A DNA stretch of 64,000 nt, taken from assembly GCA_951406725.2 (NCBI GenBank), contig OX597814.1:175584001-175648000 (forward strand), read 5' to 3'. Shown one piece after another: positions 1 to 14,557 of the stretch. The translations under genes were made by a program, and so were the position numbers. Source of the stretch: Octopus vulgaris (Eukaryota). Numbering within the stretch: position 1 is the first letter of the stretch; the number at the start of each line of letters is the position of its first letter. The notes beneath the pieces were generated by a model. The model ran no database searches and was not told the DNA's origin. It saw only the letters and a program-made list of their open reading frames with translations.

Positions 1-300
1 ATACTCCGTTGATCCGTTGGGCTCTATCCGTTTTCTATCCCACAAAGGGACATAATTTACATGTGCGTCTCAATTATCAATTGATAGAGTCCGAGGTATA
101 ACATAATAGTGAGCTCTAATATTCGTTTCTCAGTCAGCTTTGTACGTGAGTATACCTCTTTCATGTCCATGCCACTTTATGCATTAGTAATGACACCATT
201 TACATGAACGGATATTTACACCGGGATGTATCATGGTAAGCGTCTTGAGAATAGCTTTTATCCATCCACCTATCCGTCCATTCATCCACCCATCACCCAT

Positions 301-376
<76 letters not shown>

Positions 377-438
377 TGTATGTGCGTGTGTCTATACATG
401 TATGTATGTATGTATGTATGTATGTATGTATGTATGTA

Positions 439-489
<51 letters not shown>

Positions 490-528
490 ATGTATGTATG
501 TATGTATGTATGTATGTATGTATGTATG

Positions 529-563
<35 letters not shown>

Positions 564-713
564 TTATCTGTCTGTCTGTCTGTCTGTCTGTCTGTGTGCC
601 TGTGTGTGTGTTTACTTGCCTGTCTGTCTGTCTGTCTATCCCCTCCTTTTCTCTCTCTCACTTTCTATAGTTCACTCTCTCTCTTTTTCTCTCTTTCTCT
701 CTCTGTCTCTCTG

Positions 714-744
<31 letters not shown>

Positions 745-770
745 GCATGTATGTATATGTATATATTTAT
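301..770. repeat. Compound microsatellite (TCTT)n-(TATG)n-(TG)n-(TATC)n-(TCTG)n-(CT)n-(TA)n
   Basis: Directly visible simple repeats; they explain the overlapping low-complexity ORFs. Confidence 0.97.
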
Positions 771-901
771 AAAGATTCATTATTACATTTAGAGTATGAA
801 TAATTGAAACCAATCAACCGAAACCATTATTGTCTGAAAGTTAAAATTTCCTCTATTGCGTTCACTCGATTATCCCACCAATGTGGAATGGGAAAATATA
901 C

Positions 902-953
<52 letters not shown>

Positions 954-1039
954 CACATACATTTATATATATCCATGCACATATACATACACGAATACAC
1001 ATACACATGCACATGCAGAAACACAAACATATTTATCAA

Positions 1040-1600
1040 AGTATACAGTATTTTCGATCCATTTTAGCCGATCTTACCAACAGGGTTCGCACAGGGTATT
1101 AAATAACAGGACAGTATCTCAGAGGTAGCATGTATGGAAAGAATATAAAGACTGTTTTTTTTTTATTTTGGGAAATAAAAAACGTCACATCATTTTTGTC
1201 TGTGCCGTGGAAGGAGACAAAATGAAGTCACTGAAACCATATAAATTATGGCACTTAGCCCCAGAATATATGAAATGATGTAAGGTGGCAAGAGTTTGGT
1301 GAAAAAGTATGCAGGCGGCATAACAGGATAGTATTTATGACGGGTTGGAATATGTGTAGAGGTTTTATGTTTAGTTTTTTTTTTGAAAGGGTATAGAGGC
1401 ATTGGGCAAGTCCGATGTTTGGCGCATATGTTTATGTGTGTCCACGTAAACTTCTTATGATTAAACTCTTTGTTAGGTTCTAAGGTTATAATAGTAGGAT
1501 GGCTCAAGAGGTGGAAAATCTAGAGATAATAGTCATGATGGGGTTCGTAGGTGAGACAATATATACTTACTTTCATAAGGGCAAGGCCTAAAACTTTCAT
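1040..1600 (-). mobile_element. Possible highly degenerate Penelope-like remnant
   Basis: Minus-strand pieces CLTYEP (like LTYHP), CAKHRTCP and FIYSGAKCHNLYG resemble the PLE linker and GIY-YIG. An HHR-like gatc..gatc-GAAA lies at ~1045-1080. Many frameshifts. Confidence 0.25.
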
Positions 1601-1661
1601 TCCAGCAGTTTAGGTACAGTCCGGGAGCTGAGAATGTTTTAATATCATTCTTTTCTCGGCT

Positions 1662-1996
<335 letters not shown>

Positions 1997-2010
1997 CATA
2001 TATATGTATG

Positions 2011-2086
<76 letters not shown>

Positions 2087-2200
2087 TATATAAATATATA
2101 TGCATATATATATATATATACGTACATACATATATATGTATGTATATATATATATATGTATATATATATACATACATACATACATACATACACACACACG

Positions 2201-2235
<35 letters not shown>

Positions 2236-2236
2236 T

Positions 2237-2560
2237 CATCCTTTCGGGATCGATAAAATAAGCAGCAGTTGAACACTGGGGTCAATGCAGTCGACTTACC
2301 CCTTCCCCGAAATTGCTGGCCTTGTGCTCAAATTTGAAACCTATACAATAAAGGCAATGAGCTGGCAGAATTGTTAAGACGCTAGGCAAACGCTCAACGG
2401 CATTTCGTCCGTCTTTGTGCACTGAGATCGAATTCCGCGACGGCCGACTTTGTTTTTCATCCTTTTGGAGTCGATAAAATAAGTACCAATAGAATACTGG
2501 GATGGATGTAATCGACTTGGCCCCTACCCGAAATTCTTGGCCTTCCGCAAAAATTTGAAA
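2237..2560 (+). mobile_element. SINE family A, two partial copies
   Basis: gagctggcagaa..ttccgc..cgacttt..tcatcctttcgg..cgataaaataagtacca matches the other copies in the window. Confidence 0.8.
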
Positions 2561-4957
2561 GGGATATGACATAACTAGTATATGAGTGTATAAAACACAC
2601 ACATGCGCTCATATTGTAGGATGTGTGGTAATCAAATCTATTTCTAAACTACCTTGTTTAGGGTTGAATAGCCTACACAGTAGCTTGGGAAGGTGTTTTC
2701 TATAAATATCTCGGATCGATCAAAGCCTTCTAATATTTTGAAGACAGAAACTTTGTGTAAATCTGTCGGAGGGATTATTCCTTTACATTGATGGCAGACA
2801 TAATGTTTAACACCACCACCTAACCATCCATCCGTCAGTGACAGAAGCGCTTTCATAGAGCTTGTCACTGACGTTACTACTCTATCTTTACTGACCAATC
2901 ATAAATTGTAAACGTAACTTTTCCATCATGTCTAGAGGATATCGCCAATAAAACGAAATGAACACAAATTTTCTTAATGCATCTTCTTAGTCAACATCAC
3001 CAACGTTTGTTCGGCCTACAATGTGTCCTCAACAATCTTGAAACTCGAGGCAGCGATCGAATGCTTACGCGGTCTCTTGACCAGTTAGAAATAGTGCACC
3101 ATATTGTTTTAAAGAAAAAGATACTGTATGCTGTAACTATGGCTGAAAAGACAGGATGGTCACGGTTGGAAATCTTTCACCATAAGTTGCACGATTATGT
3201 TTGGCTTAGAGCTTAACAAGAATAGCAACAAAATACAGTATCACATATCATAGACTGTATAGAGACCACCATCTGCAGATCACCAACATAGCATAAGAAA
3301 AAAATTAAAAAAAACTGATTAGCAGATGGATGTATAATAATTTTCAAAAATTCTAAAAATGATAAACAAATGGACATAATATAATTTTGTTTTTGCAACA
3401 TGCCCCAATGCTTGTATTCCAACTGCTAGATGTAAAACTTATTTCCAAAAGGCCAGGCGCAGACTTGGCTGTGCGGTAAGAAGCTTGCTTCCCGCGCATG
3501 CGTCGGTTTATTCGCTATGTTGATTTTTGACGAGTCGGACGGAATTCTTTGTGCTGCGTGGCAGCGGGTGTTATACCGGTAGAGACAATGTATTCAGACC
3601 TTAGCGAGTATGAGCAGTCCTCAGCGAAGAATGGAGGTCGTTAAGGCGGTAAATAGAATGGACTAGCATTTGGAAAGAGTAAAGAGTTTTGATGAGGCTG
3701 CAGAGGTGAAGAAAAGGGAGGTGGACCTAGCCGAACCGAAAGAGCTGAGTAAGATGACACAGAAGGTGAGGGGGGGGAAGAAACTTTTATGGTTCAATTG
3801 AGAGAAGGCTAACTGCAGAAACGTATTGTGGAGTTCAGGGAGCGAGATTAGAAAGCAAGACGTCCCCAATTGTCTTCACCTGTTCTTGCCACTGGATTGA
3901 AGATAGTGACATACGAGAGAGTAAGATAGATGGTATGCAACGCTTTTAACCAAAGTCACCGCGCAAGCCATCGGTCAGCGATTAGGATAACTGGACGGTC
4001 CGTGTCGCTCTAACGGAAGAACATGAGAAAGAGAAGGCAGGAGTAGATGTACCTGTGTGTGCACACGGTTGTGTATACGTCTGAATGTGTAAGGGTCAGT
4101 TTTGAATAAGATCGAAGTAGAAATTTTTCAAATAGTGGAAAAGTGTAAATTGTATGAGTGTGTGTGTGTGTGTGCATACATAAGCATATATGTATATGTG
4201 AGCAGATATGTTTCACACATTCCCTCTCTCTCTCGCTCTTTCTCCCTATCTGTCTGTCTGTCTGTACATACATACATACATACATACATACATACATACA
4301 TACATACATACATACATACATAGTTGATTATTCATTGGTTACCTTTTTTTCTTGCAAGGGAGAGAATCATCTTTCCCGGCATCTATTTTTCGTCGTTAAT
4401 GAAGTAATCTTAATGAGTTAAATGGAGTGGATATAGTCTTTATCAATTTGATGAATTTTATTTTCTCAATATTCCTACATTGAATTTCCATTTCAATTTT
4501 AATTCAATCTCTACAGTGCGAAATATTCATGGATCTGTTAATTACATCACAAGAGAAGAAAAAATTTTAGAAAAGAGACAGAAATGATATGAGATGGAAG
4601 CGTTTGACCAAGCGGAAGTCATTTTAATTCATAGTTTATTAGCTGTGTAGAAATCGAAGTAAAATTAATTTTAAATTGCTGTATTTGTGGAGGTTGGTCG
4701 AAACAGTTCCAATTTATTTTCTCCCCTCGTGAAGTAATGGAGACCGCCATCGCAATTATTTATCAGGCCGTTTGTCAGCTGTGATTTTGTAAGAGGAGAT
4801 ATTTAATTCTAACTAAAGAGAAGATTATAAATTCAAAGTGTTGCATTCATCAGCAGTTCCCTTTCTGTACATGGTGTGCAGAAGTTCATCATATGCTCAT
4901 AACCAAAGATGTGCATTTTCAGAGAGAAGATCGGTGTTGTTCGGTTAAATCTATCTA

Positions 4958-5039
<82 letters not shown>

Positions 5040-5045
5040 ATGATG

Positions 5046-5090
<45 letters not shown>

Positions 5091-5339
5091 TTAGGGAGTA
5101 TACAGGGAAAAATTTGATTTAGTATTAAATCAAATTTCACAGTATAAATATATAAAATATGAATTAGAGATAAAACCACTATTATGCAACTCAAACAGTG
5201 ATAGACATAAACCAATACATAAATAACAAATAATATAAATATAATTAATATAATATATATATATTATTGTTTTCTTTTAAGTATAAAAAGAATGATAAAT
5301 ATAATATAATAATATATATATATATATATATATGTATCG

Positions 5340-5962
5340 TCGCCATCGGCTACTCCTTGTTTCCGAATATATCTTAATTTGTAATTCTTCATTTATGTCA
5401 GTACCTCTGAAGGCTAGAAAGTCCAATTTTTGCGTAGACCAATAGTTCACAGAAGATGTATTTGATGGTCGTAGGCCTTGGCTGGAATTGGTGGGTCGCC
5501 CGCCATAACACTTTATCTTCTTATTTCTTCGACTATGTTTCTCAGTATGTTTTGCATTAGTCTTGATAGTGCAACGCCACACTGTTCTGTCTTCTGCATG
5601 TTGCTCCTGGGATCTAGTGTCAATGTTGGTGCTCATCATCACTTATTTTAGTTGGCGTGTGTCGTGTCGCATGGGACACCCGCAAGATCCCATGCCGGAA
5701 CTGAGTTCGCTGTAGAGGGTATAACGTAGCAGTTGAGTATTTTTCATGAGATGGACCTGATATGCCTATCTGGGGCGATGTTTGGTGATGACAGCGTCAA
5801 TGCTGTTGGCGTTGGCCCGTTCAAAAATGATAAGATTGTCGACATATTCATCTCATTTGACATTCATAATTGCTCACTATTTTCGTTGATGGAATCATTC
5901 CAGTTTTCAAATATCCTGGCGATACATGGCCCACGTCTCACAACCACAAAGTATATACAATG
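5340..5962 (-). mobile_element. RTE-clade LINE 3' fragment, pseudogenised
   Basis: Minus translation LCGCETWAMYRQDI*KLE*FHQRK..IMNVK*..ERANANSIDAVI..LYSELSSG...AEDRTVWR is typical of the RTE RT C-terminus; multiple stops. Confidence 0.8.
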
Positions 5963-6049
5963 AGTTTTGTTTCTATTTTCAGGCTCTTGTTTCGAAGACA
6001 AGCTGTATCTTGTTCTCAACATCTCTTTCGGAATTACATTGTACGGAGA

Positions 6050-6910
6050 TGACGCATTCGCAAGAAACGAGATTGCACGTATAAACAAAAATTGCAGCGA
6101 AGTGACCGACAAAACCGTCAACACCAAGTAGTTCCTCAGGGACCTAACCCTGAATGGCTACCCACCATCTTTAGTCAAACATCGGCACCTAAAGAACATC
6201 AGGGTCAATAAGCCCCGGAAGAACCCTCATACTCCCAAGTCCGGCACGTGCTTCCTAAAGCTGCCGCATTTTGATGACAGAACTACTGCAGCGATACAAC
6301 ACTCAGTCCGCAGGGAAGGACTCGACATACAGATAGTGCACACCGGCCCATCCTTGAGAAAAGTTCAGTTCACGAACAACACCTTTCACCACTCCGAGGA
6401 GTGCACATTATCGAACTGCTCCATCAATGACCCTGAAATGTGCCAGAGGACCAATGTTTTTACGAGATCATCTGTGGCAAACGTGGCGTATCCTACATAG
6501 GAAGCACAACAAGAAAACTGCATATACGCATAAAAGGAAACATGGAGGCAGAAACTTCCGTGAAGAAACATTTACCAAATTGTCAGACCCGGGAATTTCC
6601 AGTACACAACAGGGCAACACAGAGCAACAGAGACAACCTTAGAATCTCCAAGGCCATACTTATACACCATAAGAAACCAACTGTCAACAACAGAAGAGAG
6701 TTACAAAAAGCTAGCTGGTTGCTATAGAAACAACTTTCCGCGCTTGTCTTCTCCACACGCTCACACGCACGCACATCTGCAACATTCGTTAATTTCCTGC
6801 GGATAGGGTCATAACCCCGAAATATTGAATGCAAGGCAAGTCTACATTGATTCATTTACTTGTTTTCTTGTAATTTGCTTGGCATTTACTTCGCATTGTT
6901 CTGGCCTTAC
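6050..6910 (+). mobile_element. Penelope-like element 3' fragment (RT thumb, GIY-YIG, pLTR)
   Basis: LTLNGYPP, LKLPHF, C-x4-C linker, FYEIICGKRGVSYIGSTTRKLHIRIK (GIY-YIG); stop at 6727; HHR-like motif at 6794-6829. Confidence 0.85.
6794..6829 (+). ncRNA. Degenerate minimal hammerhead ribozyme motif
   Basis: ttc-CTGCGGA-ta-ggg(tcataa)ccc-c-GAAA-taT-t-gaa; stem I ttc/gaa; A6>C core change. Confidence 0.5.
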
Positions 6911-6929
6911 ACACGAGATATATATATAT

Positions 6930-6982
<53 letters not shown>

Positions 6983-7010
6983 TGTGCGTGCATATATATA
7001 TATAATAATG

Positions 7011-7079
<69 letters not shown>

Positions 7080-7593
7080 GGGAATATGATTCCAAATTTA
7101 CAGGGAAAAATTCAATTTAGTAATACTAAATCAAATTTCACAATATATAATATATGTATATAAATTAGAGAAGAACCACCATGTATATGTATATAAATGA
7201 GAGAAGAACTCTGAAATTGCTACCCACCATTTTTTGCTAAACAACGGTACACACACACACACATACACACACATACATACATATATATATATATAAATAC
7301 ATACATGTATATATGGTATGATTTAAATATAACATTGTTGAATTGCTACATGGTGGTTCTTCTCTAATTAATATACATATACATACAAACACACACACAC
7401 ACACACACATACATACACACATACACACACATATATCGTGAAGTATATATGCCACTTACATGTAGCTGACCAAAATGGGACGATGCTACTGTTGTTTATA
7501 GTCCCAGGAAGACATCACTGCCAGCTAGCTAACGACACACCTCACTGAGAAATTTATTGTTGCTATACATACATACATACATACATACATACA

Positions 7594-7626
<33 letters not shown>

Positions 7627-8091
7627 TTATATATATATCTTTGCACATCCAACTTATATGCGTTGTTATGAACGCCATAGTTTCTAAACGAGAAGATTTC
7701 TCCGGAAATCCCCTTGTATAGATGTTACATTCTAATGAAGCACAGATTACACCGGCAGACGAACATTTCATCAAAAATAAGTTAAGTTGGGTGTGCAAAT
7801 AAATATTCATCAGAAAAACTGATTTCGTCGGAAATAACTAATTTACACACAGCCTGCCAGCTTTTAGCGAAGTCAATGACTGCTTAGTCAGTGTTAAACT
7901 ATATCGGTTTCATGGATCTGACATATGGTGGTTCTCGTCGTTGAAGAGGCACAATTTACACCGAAATCACGTGATACAGCAGTCCCATCCCCCGGTGCTG
8001 ATGAAAATTTCGTCTGCAGACGTAAGTTCTGTTTTTTTTCTCTTTAGCACGTAACGTCTATAGGAGTTAATTTTGGAAGACGATTGTCGCA

Positions 8092-8211
<120 letters not shown>

Positions 8212-8406
8212 ATTTAGGAATGGTCATGTTTCCATTTTAGCCATAGGTGCTAGTTTGCTTCAGTTTTATATATTTTTGAACTTAATTATAATCTTATTTC
8301 GGCCAGAGTTCTTTCGTCACACTTCTTTGACCTCATCAGTGGTCCTTTGCTTTCTTCTTTTTTATTTGTGTGTCTTTCCTTACTAACGGTCAGCCATTTT
8401 GTATTT

Positions 8407-8505
<99 letters not shown>

Positions 8506-8908
8506 TATATACATTCACAATTGCATTTCGACTTAAGTAATTTTACTTTTGTGTCATTATGTATAAATATATCCTGAGAGTCTTACACACCCACGTATAT
8601 CGGAATGTATAAGTTGCAAATTATATGGAAATATATTTCACGGCGTACAATTATTATCCGATATAGAAATCAATATATTGCGTAGAGAGAATACATATGT
8701 TTATTATACCAACAACTGACAGAAATTTCATCTGAGTTTCGTCCTAGGCAGAAGTTTCAAGGCTGTCGGGAACAGCTTAGCATGTCTGTATGTATGCATG
8801 TATGTGTATATGTATGTATGCTTCTTATAGCGTGTAAAATTACCTGTTAAAAGTAGTTTCTCCTGTGTTTAAATGTATACTATATTATATATTATTTTAT
8901 ATTATATC

Positions 8909-8966
<58 letters not shown>

Positions 8967-9143
8967 TACATGCATATGGCTGTGTGATAAAAGAAGCTTG
9001 CTTCTCAACCACATGATTCCAGCTTCAGTTCTACTGTGTCGCACCTTGGGCAAGTGCCTTCTTCTATAGCCTCGGGCCGACTAAAGACTTATGAGTGAAT
9101 TTGGTAGGGAAAAACTGAGAGAAGCCTGTTGTATATATATATT

Positions 9144-9264
<121 letters not shown>

Positions 9265-9311
9265 TGAATTGAAGAAATGGAGCTGAACGAAGATTGAACA
9301 GAAATCGTTTT

Positions 9312-9402
9312 ATTTCATTCTACACGTGTTTCGAAAGGCACAATTTACCAAAATCCGATTGAATAATGAGACCATATTGTGTCTTTCTCTTCAGGAAGAA
9401 AT
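9312..9402 (-). ncRNA. Mirror-image type I hammerhead ribozyme
   Basis: Reverse complement of 9432-9522 within the palindrome. Confidence 0.78.
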
Positions 9403-9431
9403 AGGATATCCGTTGGACCAACGGATTTCCT

Positions 9432-9522
9432 ATTTCTTCCTGAAGAGAAAGACACAATATGGTCTCATTATTCAATCGGATTTTGGTAAATTGTGCCTTT
9501 CGAAACACGTGTAGAATGAAAT
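9432..9522 (+). ncRNA. Type I hammerhead ribozyme, intact core
   Basis: atttc-ttc-CTGAAGA(9440-46)-gaaagacacaat..attgtgcctttc-GAAA(9502-05)-cacgtg-TA|gaa-t-gaaat; predicted GUA cleavage after 9513. Confidence 0.8.
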
Positions 9523-9729
9523 AAAACGATTTCTGTTCAATCTTCGTTCAGCTCCATTTCTTCAATTCACCAATAATATTAAAATTCAATTATCCGCACC
9601 AACGCACGGTTGCAACACCATATGGTTGTACCTCCAACCGTGCTGTCTTGTGCTGTGATTTTTGCTACCAAGGTATCGGTTAAACTTTTGATTAATCTGC
9701 TACAAGATTATTCATCTTTCTATTTCACA

Positions 9730-9829
<100 letters not shown>

Positions 9830-10283
9830 TGCGTCTTTGTCTGTGTTTGACCCCCCTCACCGCTTTATAACCGGCGTTGGTGTACTTGCATCCCTGTAAC
9901 CTAGCGGTTCGGCAAAAGAGACCGATAAAATAAGTACCAAGTTCAATAAAAAGAAGTACTGGGATTGATTTATTCAACTAAACGCCCTCCAAGGTGGTGC
10001 CCAAATGAAATACATTGTCTACGAGAAAAACTAAGATCAAGAATGTTTGAACCATGACTATCCCGTTTCATTATGAAATTTGGAGTATTCTCCTTCAGGT
10101 TCGACAATGCATTTGTTTTACTTGTTCGAGTGACTGGGTTCCTCTCTAATATGAAATTACCGCCTGAATGTTCCACAGACAGCTGTAACTGGGGTTGATT
10201 CATTTGACTAAAATTATTCAAGGCGGCACCCCAGCATGGCTGCAGTCTAATGACTGAAACAAATAAATAAGATGAGGAGTATA

Positions 10284-10318
<35 letters not shown>

Positions 10319-10929
10319 CGGTTTTTTGTGTGTTCTTAAATGGCTTATATATATATATATATATAAATGAGAATTTTTTTTGGAAAATGCATCTGAACGC
10401 GATGGAAAATAACGCATGATAATAGAAAAAAAAAGCCCCAAACTTCTTTTACTCTGTTCTTTTCTTATTTCCCTCTCTCGTCCATGTATTCTATAATAAC
10501 TCAGTAAGACCGAACTTTTAGTTATTCACGTCTTTTATATTCTTCGCCGATGATTTTTGATATTATCTACCCCTGTCATTGAATTTTACGAACATTTAAT
10601 CATTTAAACATATTTTCTACTACGTAATTTTAAATTGTTAAAATCCCATTGTTTTATATACGTTTATACCATTGATAAATAAAAAAAAAATTGTTGAAAC
10701 TAATTAAGTATGTATGTAAATGAATTTATTTAAAAACAATCACTATTTTTTCTAATTCAGGTGCGTTCTCAAAAACAAATTCTCCCATTTATTTTCCTTC
10801 TTTCCATATATCATGTTTCCTTGTCTACCCGTCTATGAATGTATGCATGTATGTATGATTTTTCTTTGAGTTTAATTTGATTTGTTGAGAGAGTTCAAGC
10901 CCGTCGCTAACAAAGCTTCAAGATTTTGA

Positions 10930-11190
10930 GCTAAGAGAATTCCCGGTGTTTCTAAACATATATTTGAGTTGCTGTGTTGATTAAACTGTCAATACATTCA
11001 CCCAATTGCGTGAATCTATTCACATAAGAATATCAGATACAGAATTTTTGGGATGTCTTACAAATCTTCACAGTGCCACTAATAGATTGGATTTGGAGAA
11101 TTCAAGTCAGTTTCTTTTGTTCTTTTTTCGTGAAGCTTAGTATTTTTAGGTTTTTATTTTAATTTGGTAGTATATAACCTAATGCACTTT
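10930..11190 (-). mobile_element. Degenerate Penelope-like GIY-YIG C-terminal remnant
   Basis: Minus pieces LSFTKKEQKKLT, KICK and SLINTATQIYV*KHREFS parallel the 24055-24412 element (LSFRR*DKEKTT..KCGLC..LNSRTELFGSCP). Confidence 0.4.
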
Positions 11191-11199
11191 TGATGATAG

Positions 11200-11396
<197 letters not shown>

Positions 11397-11759
11397 AAAA
11401 GGTAGATCGGTTGGAAGGTGATATTATATTAACATATAGGTGATGATTAATCTTTTATTCACCACAAAACAATGCAAATAAAAAAAGATTACGATATTTG
11501 GGATTGTACAAGCATACACATTTATCTATCTACACCACACACACAAACACACGCACACATATTGAGAAAAGAAGGCAGTCAGAATTTTGGATAATTCTTT
11601 ATTAGCGCGTCCGCTCGTTTATTGAACTCGTTATTTTGAGGCATTCGGTAAACGAACGAAAGCATTAATAAAGAATTATCCAAAATTCTAATTGCCTCAT
11701 ATTTCTGAATTTACAATATCTGTACACCACTTCAAACACTACATACATACATACATACA

Positions 11760-11792
<33 letters not shown>

Positions 11793-12184
11793 GTATGTGC
11801 GTACACAAGTATAGAATGTAGTAATGCCCGAAACCTTATAGATTTATCATGCAGTCGTTGGATTCGAAATGATGGGATAAGAGGTGGGTTTGTTGGCAAG
11901 AATATGAAAAAAGAGTTGACTTCGAGAAGGAAAGACTTGGTGTAAATGCGTAGATATATATAAATATGTGTACCGAAAAAGGAAAGAAAATATGGAAGAT
12001 ATGAATTTACGAATGTAAAAAGATGTGAGAATCAAAAGAAAGGATGACTGTAAATTATTGAGCGTATAAGAGACGAAGAAGGTTTAAAATTTCTTTTAAT
12101 GAATGGTTATAGAAAAAGTGTGCAAGATAGCTAAACTATGGAAAGTATATAATTTAAAACATTAAAAATATACAAATGCAATAT

Positions 12185-12396
12185 TTTACTCTTTTACTCT
12201 TTTATTTCTTTCAGTCATTTGACTGCGGCCATGCTGAAGCATCGCCTTTAGTCGAGCAAATCGACCCCAGGACTTATTCTTTGGAAGCTTAGTACTTATT
12301 CTGTCGATCTCTTTTGCCGAACCGCTATGTTACGGGGACGTAAACACACCACCATCGGTTGTCAAGCGATGTTGGTGGGGACAAACAGACATACAA

Positions 12397-12434
<38 letters not shown>

Positions 12435-12630
12435 AAACACACACACACACACACATATATATATACATATATACGAAAAGCTTCTTTTCAGTTTCCGTCT
12501 ACCAAATCCACTCACAAGGCTTTGGTCGGCCCGAGGCTATAGTAGAAGACACTTGCCCAAAGTGCCACACAGTGGGAATGAACCCGGAACCATGTGGTTG
12601 GTAAGCAAACTACTTACCACACAGTCACTA
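12185..12630 (-). mobile_element. SINE family B, full copy with internal (TA)/(TG) tract
   Basis: On minus: tgtgtggtaag..ggttccgggttc..gggcaagtgtcttctactatagcctcgggccgacc head and aaagagtaaaagagt tail. Confidence 0.88.
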
Positions 12631-13285
12631 TTTAAAATCTTTAATAAAAAAAATGTAAGTGGTGCATAAAGATCGTCGAATAGTATTATTCAGAGGAAAA
12701 TCAAGCGGTAGATAATTACAAAGGAATTGTTTATAAGTATGTTTGCCGGGACTTAAAGGTTTTGGTCTGTCGTTTAATGCATCGTTTCTTGCAATAAAAT
12801 ACAAACTTCTTTATGAACACTTTACAATACAAGTTTGATTCGAAGGATCTATGCGAATACAGTACAATATTTAATTCTAAATGCAGTTGCATTACTTTTT
12901 GTAGAGAAACAAATATACTTTGTAGTTAAACTTCTATAAAGCTTAAACATAATATCGTCACGTTGTTGCATTTTAGCATAACAAATTGATGAATTGATTT
13001 TATGGAGGCAATTGCTGTTGGCAGGCCAATTATTTAGAGGAATGAACTTACGTGTAAGGAAGACACAGAATTATTGATATTGCAGAGTGCTATTAAATCG
13101 GAATGGTTAAGTGGGCAAATAAAATTTTTACAGCAAGTATAGGTAAGTTTGAATTTATGATTCGTCGCAAGTGGAAAGAAATTTAAATTATGAATTATTT
13201 GGCAATATTTACTTTCAAGCTAAAAGCTAGACTGTACCATAGCATATTTCGTCTTTTATTTTTCTGATTTGTAACAGCCTGGAAG

Positions 13286-13367
<82 letters not shown>

Positions 13368-13529
13368 TATACATATTAGAGGGAAACCACTATGTGGACA
13401 CCCTTATGTTAGAAATAGATCCGCTATGGTCTTACCACTAAGAAATGTTCTCAAGAAAAATATAGCAAAATAACCAAACGTAATCGAGCAAGACAAAAGA
13501 AAAAGAAATAAAATTTTAAATAAATTTGA

Positions 13530-13585
<56 letters not shown>

Positions 13586-14500
13586 TTATCTCAGACGCTA
13601 TCATTACTGAAAGCCTCATTGAGAAATGCTGACGAACGTTATTTGAATACAGGTTAGTGACAGAATATTGGGCTGGTCATTAAAATTCATATTAAAGTAA
13701 AATAATTTTAAATTAGATTTTTGCTGCAAATAGAAGATATTTGTATGTCAGTTTAAAGTGATATAAAAAACAAAAAATAAGAATAGTATGAACTGCAATT
13801 CTCATCTCTATATCTTTAAAGAATTTCATAAGATCTTTTCTTATTTTATATAATTCATGACCAAATATACGGCTTGAGAAAAGTGCCAGTCGTATCTTCT
13901 ACGGTGAGTAAGGTACAAAAATTTAAAAGAAAAATGCCTTAGATAAAAATCCTATTATATTTGCTTTGTTCAGTTTATTGTTAGCTTCCAAGGTAGACAT
14001 TAAACAATTTGTCCAAATTGCATTTAAAAACTGAAAATGAATTATTTCGGAATAAGCTGCACCATATACACATGAATTTAGTTAAAGATCGTACGGACTA
14101 AACGAATGAACTGATCATTCAAATTCATGCAGAAACGCTTCTGAATAGTTAGTTTGCAATTATCAACTCGCCAAACGTTTCAATTCGTGTCTCAACAATT
14201 GGATTTTCGCTGAGATATTTTGACACATTTCTCGGCTTCTTCCGTTGAAAATTTCAAATACTTCATCATTGTATTTTTAATTTTTCAAACTACTTCCTTT
14301 AAACAGTTTAACAGTCTTGCTTATGCGCACTTTCCATCTCGTTTCTTTCTAAATATAAAAATTCTTTTATCCTTTATAATTTACTTTTATTTTCATTTCC
14401 CTTTCTTTTGCAGCAATCGCTCTTTTCCTTTGTATTTAAATATTTACGCATGATTTAATGTCGGCGTATTTTTAAAGATCCTATCATTCTATTATTTCCA

Positions 14501-14557
<57 letters not shown>

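Noticed and set aside
9320-9514. Two near-identical 62-aa ORFs on opposite strands
   Set aside because: A consequence of the palindrome; non-ATG start and no recognisable protein.
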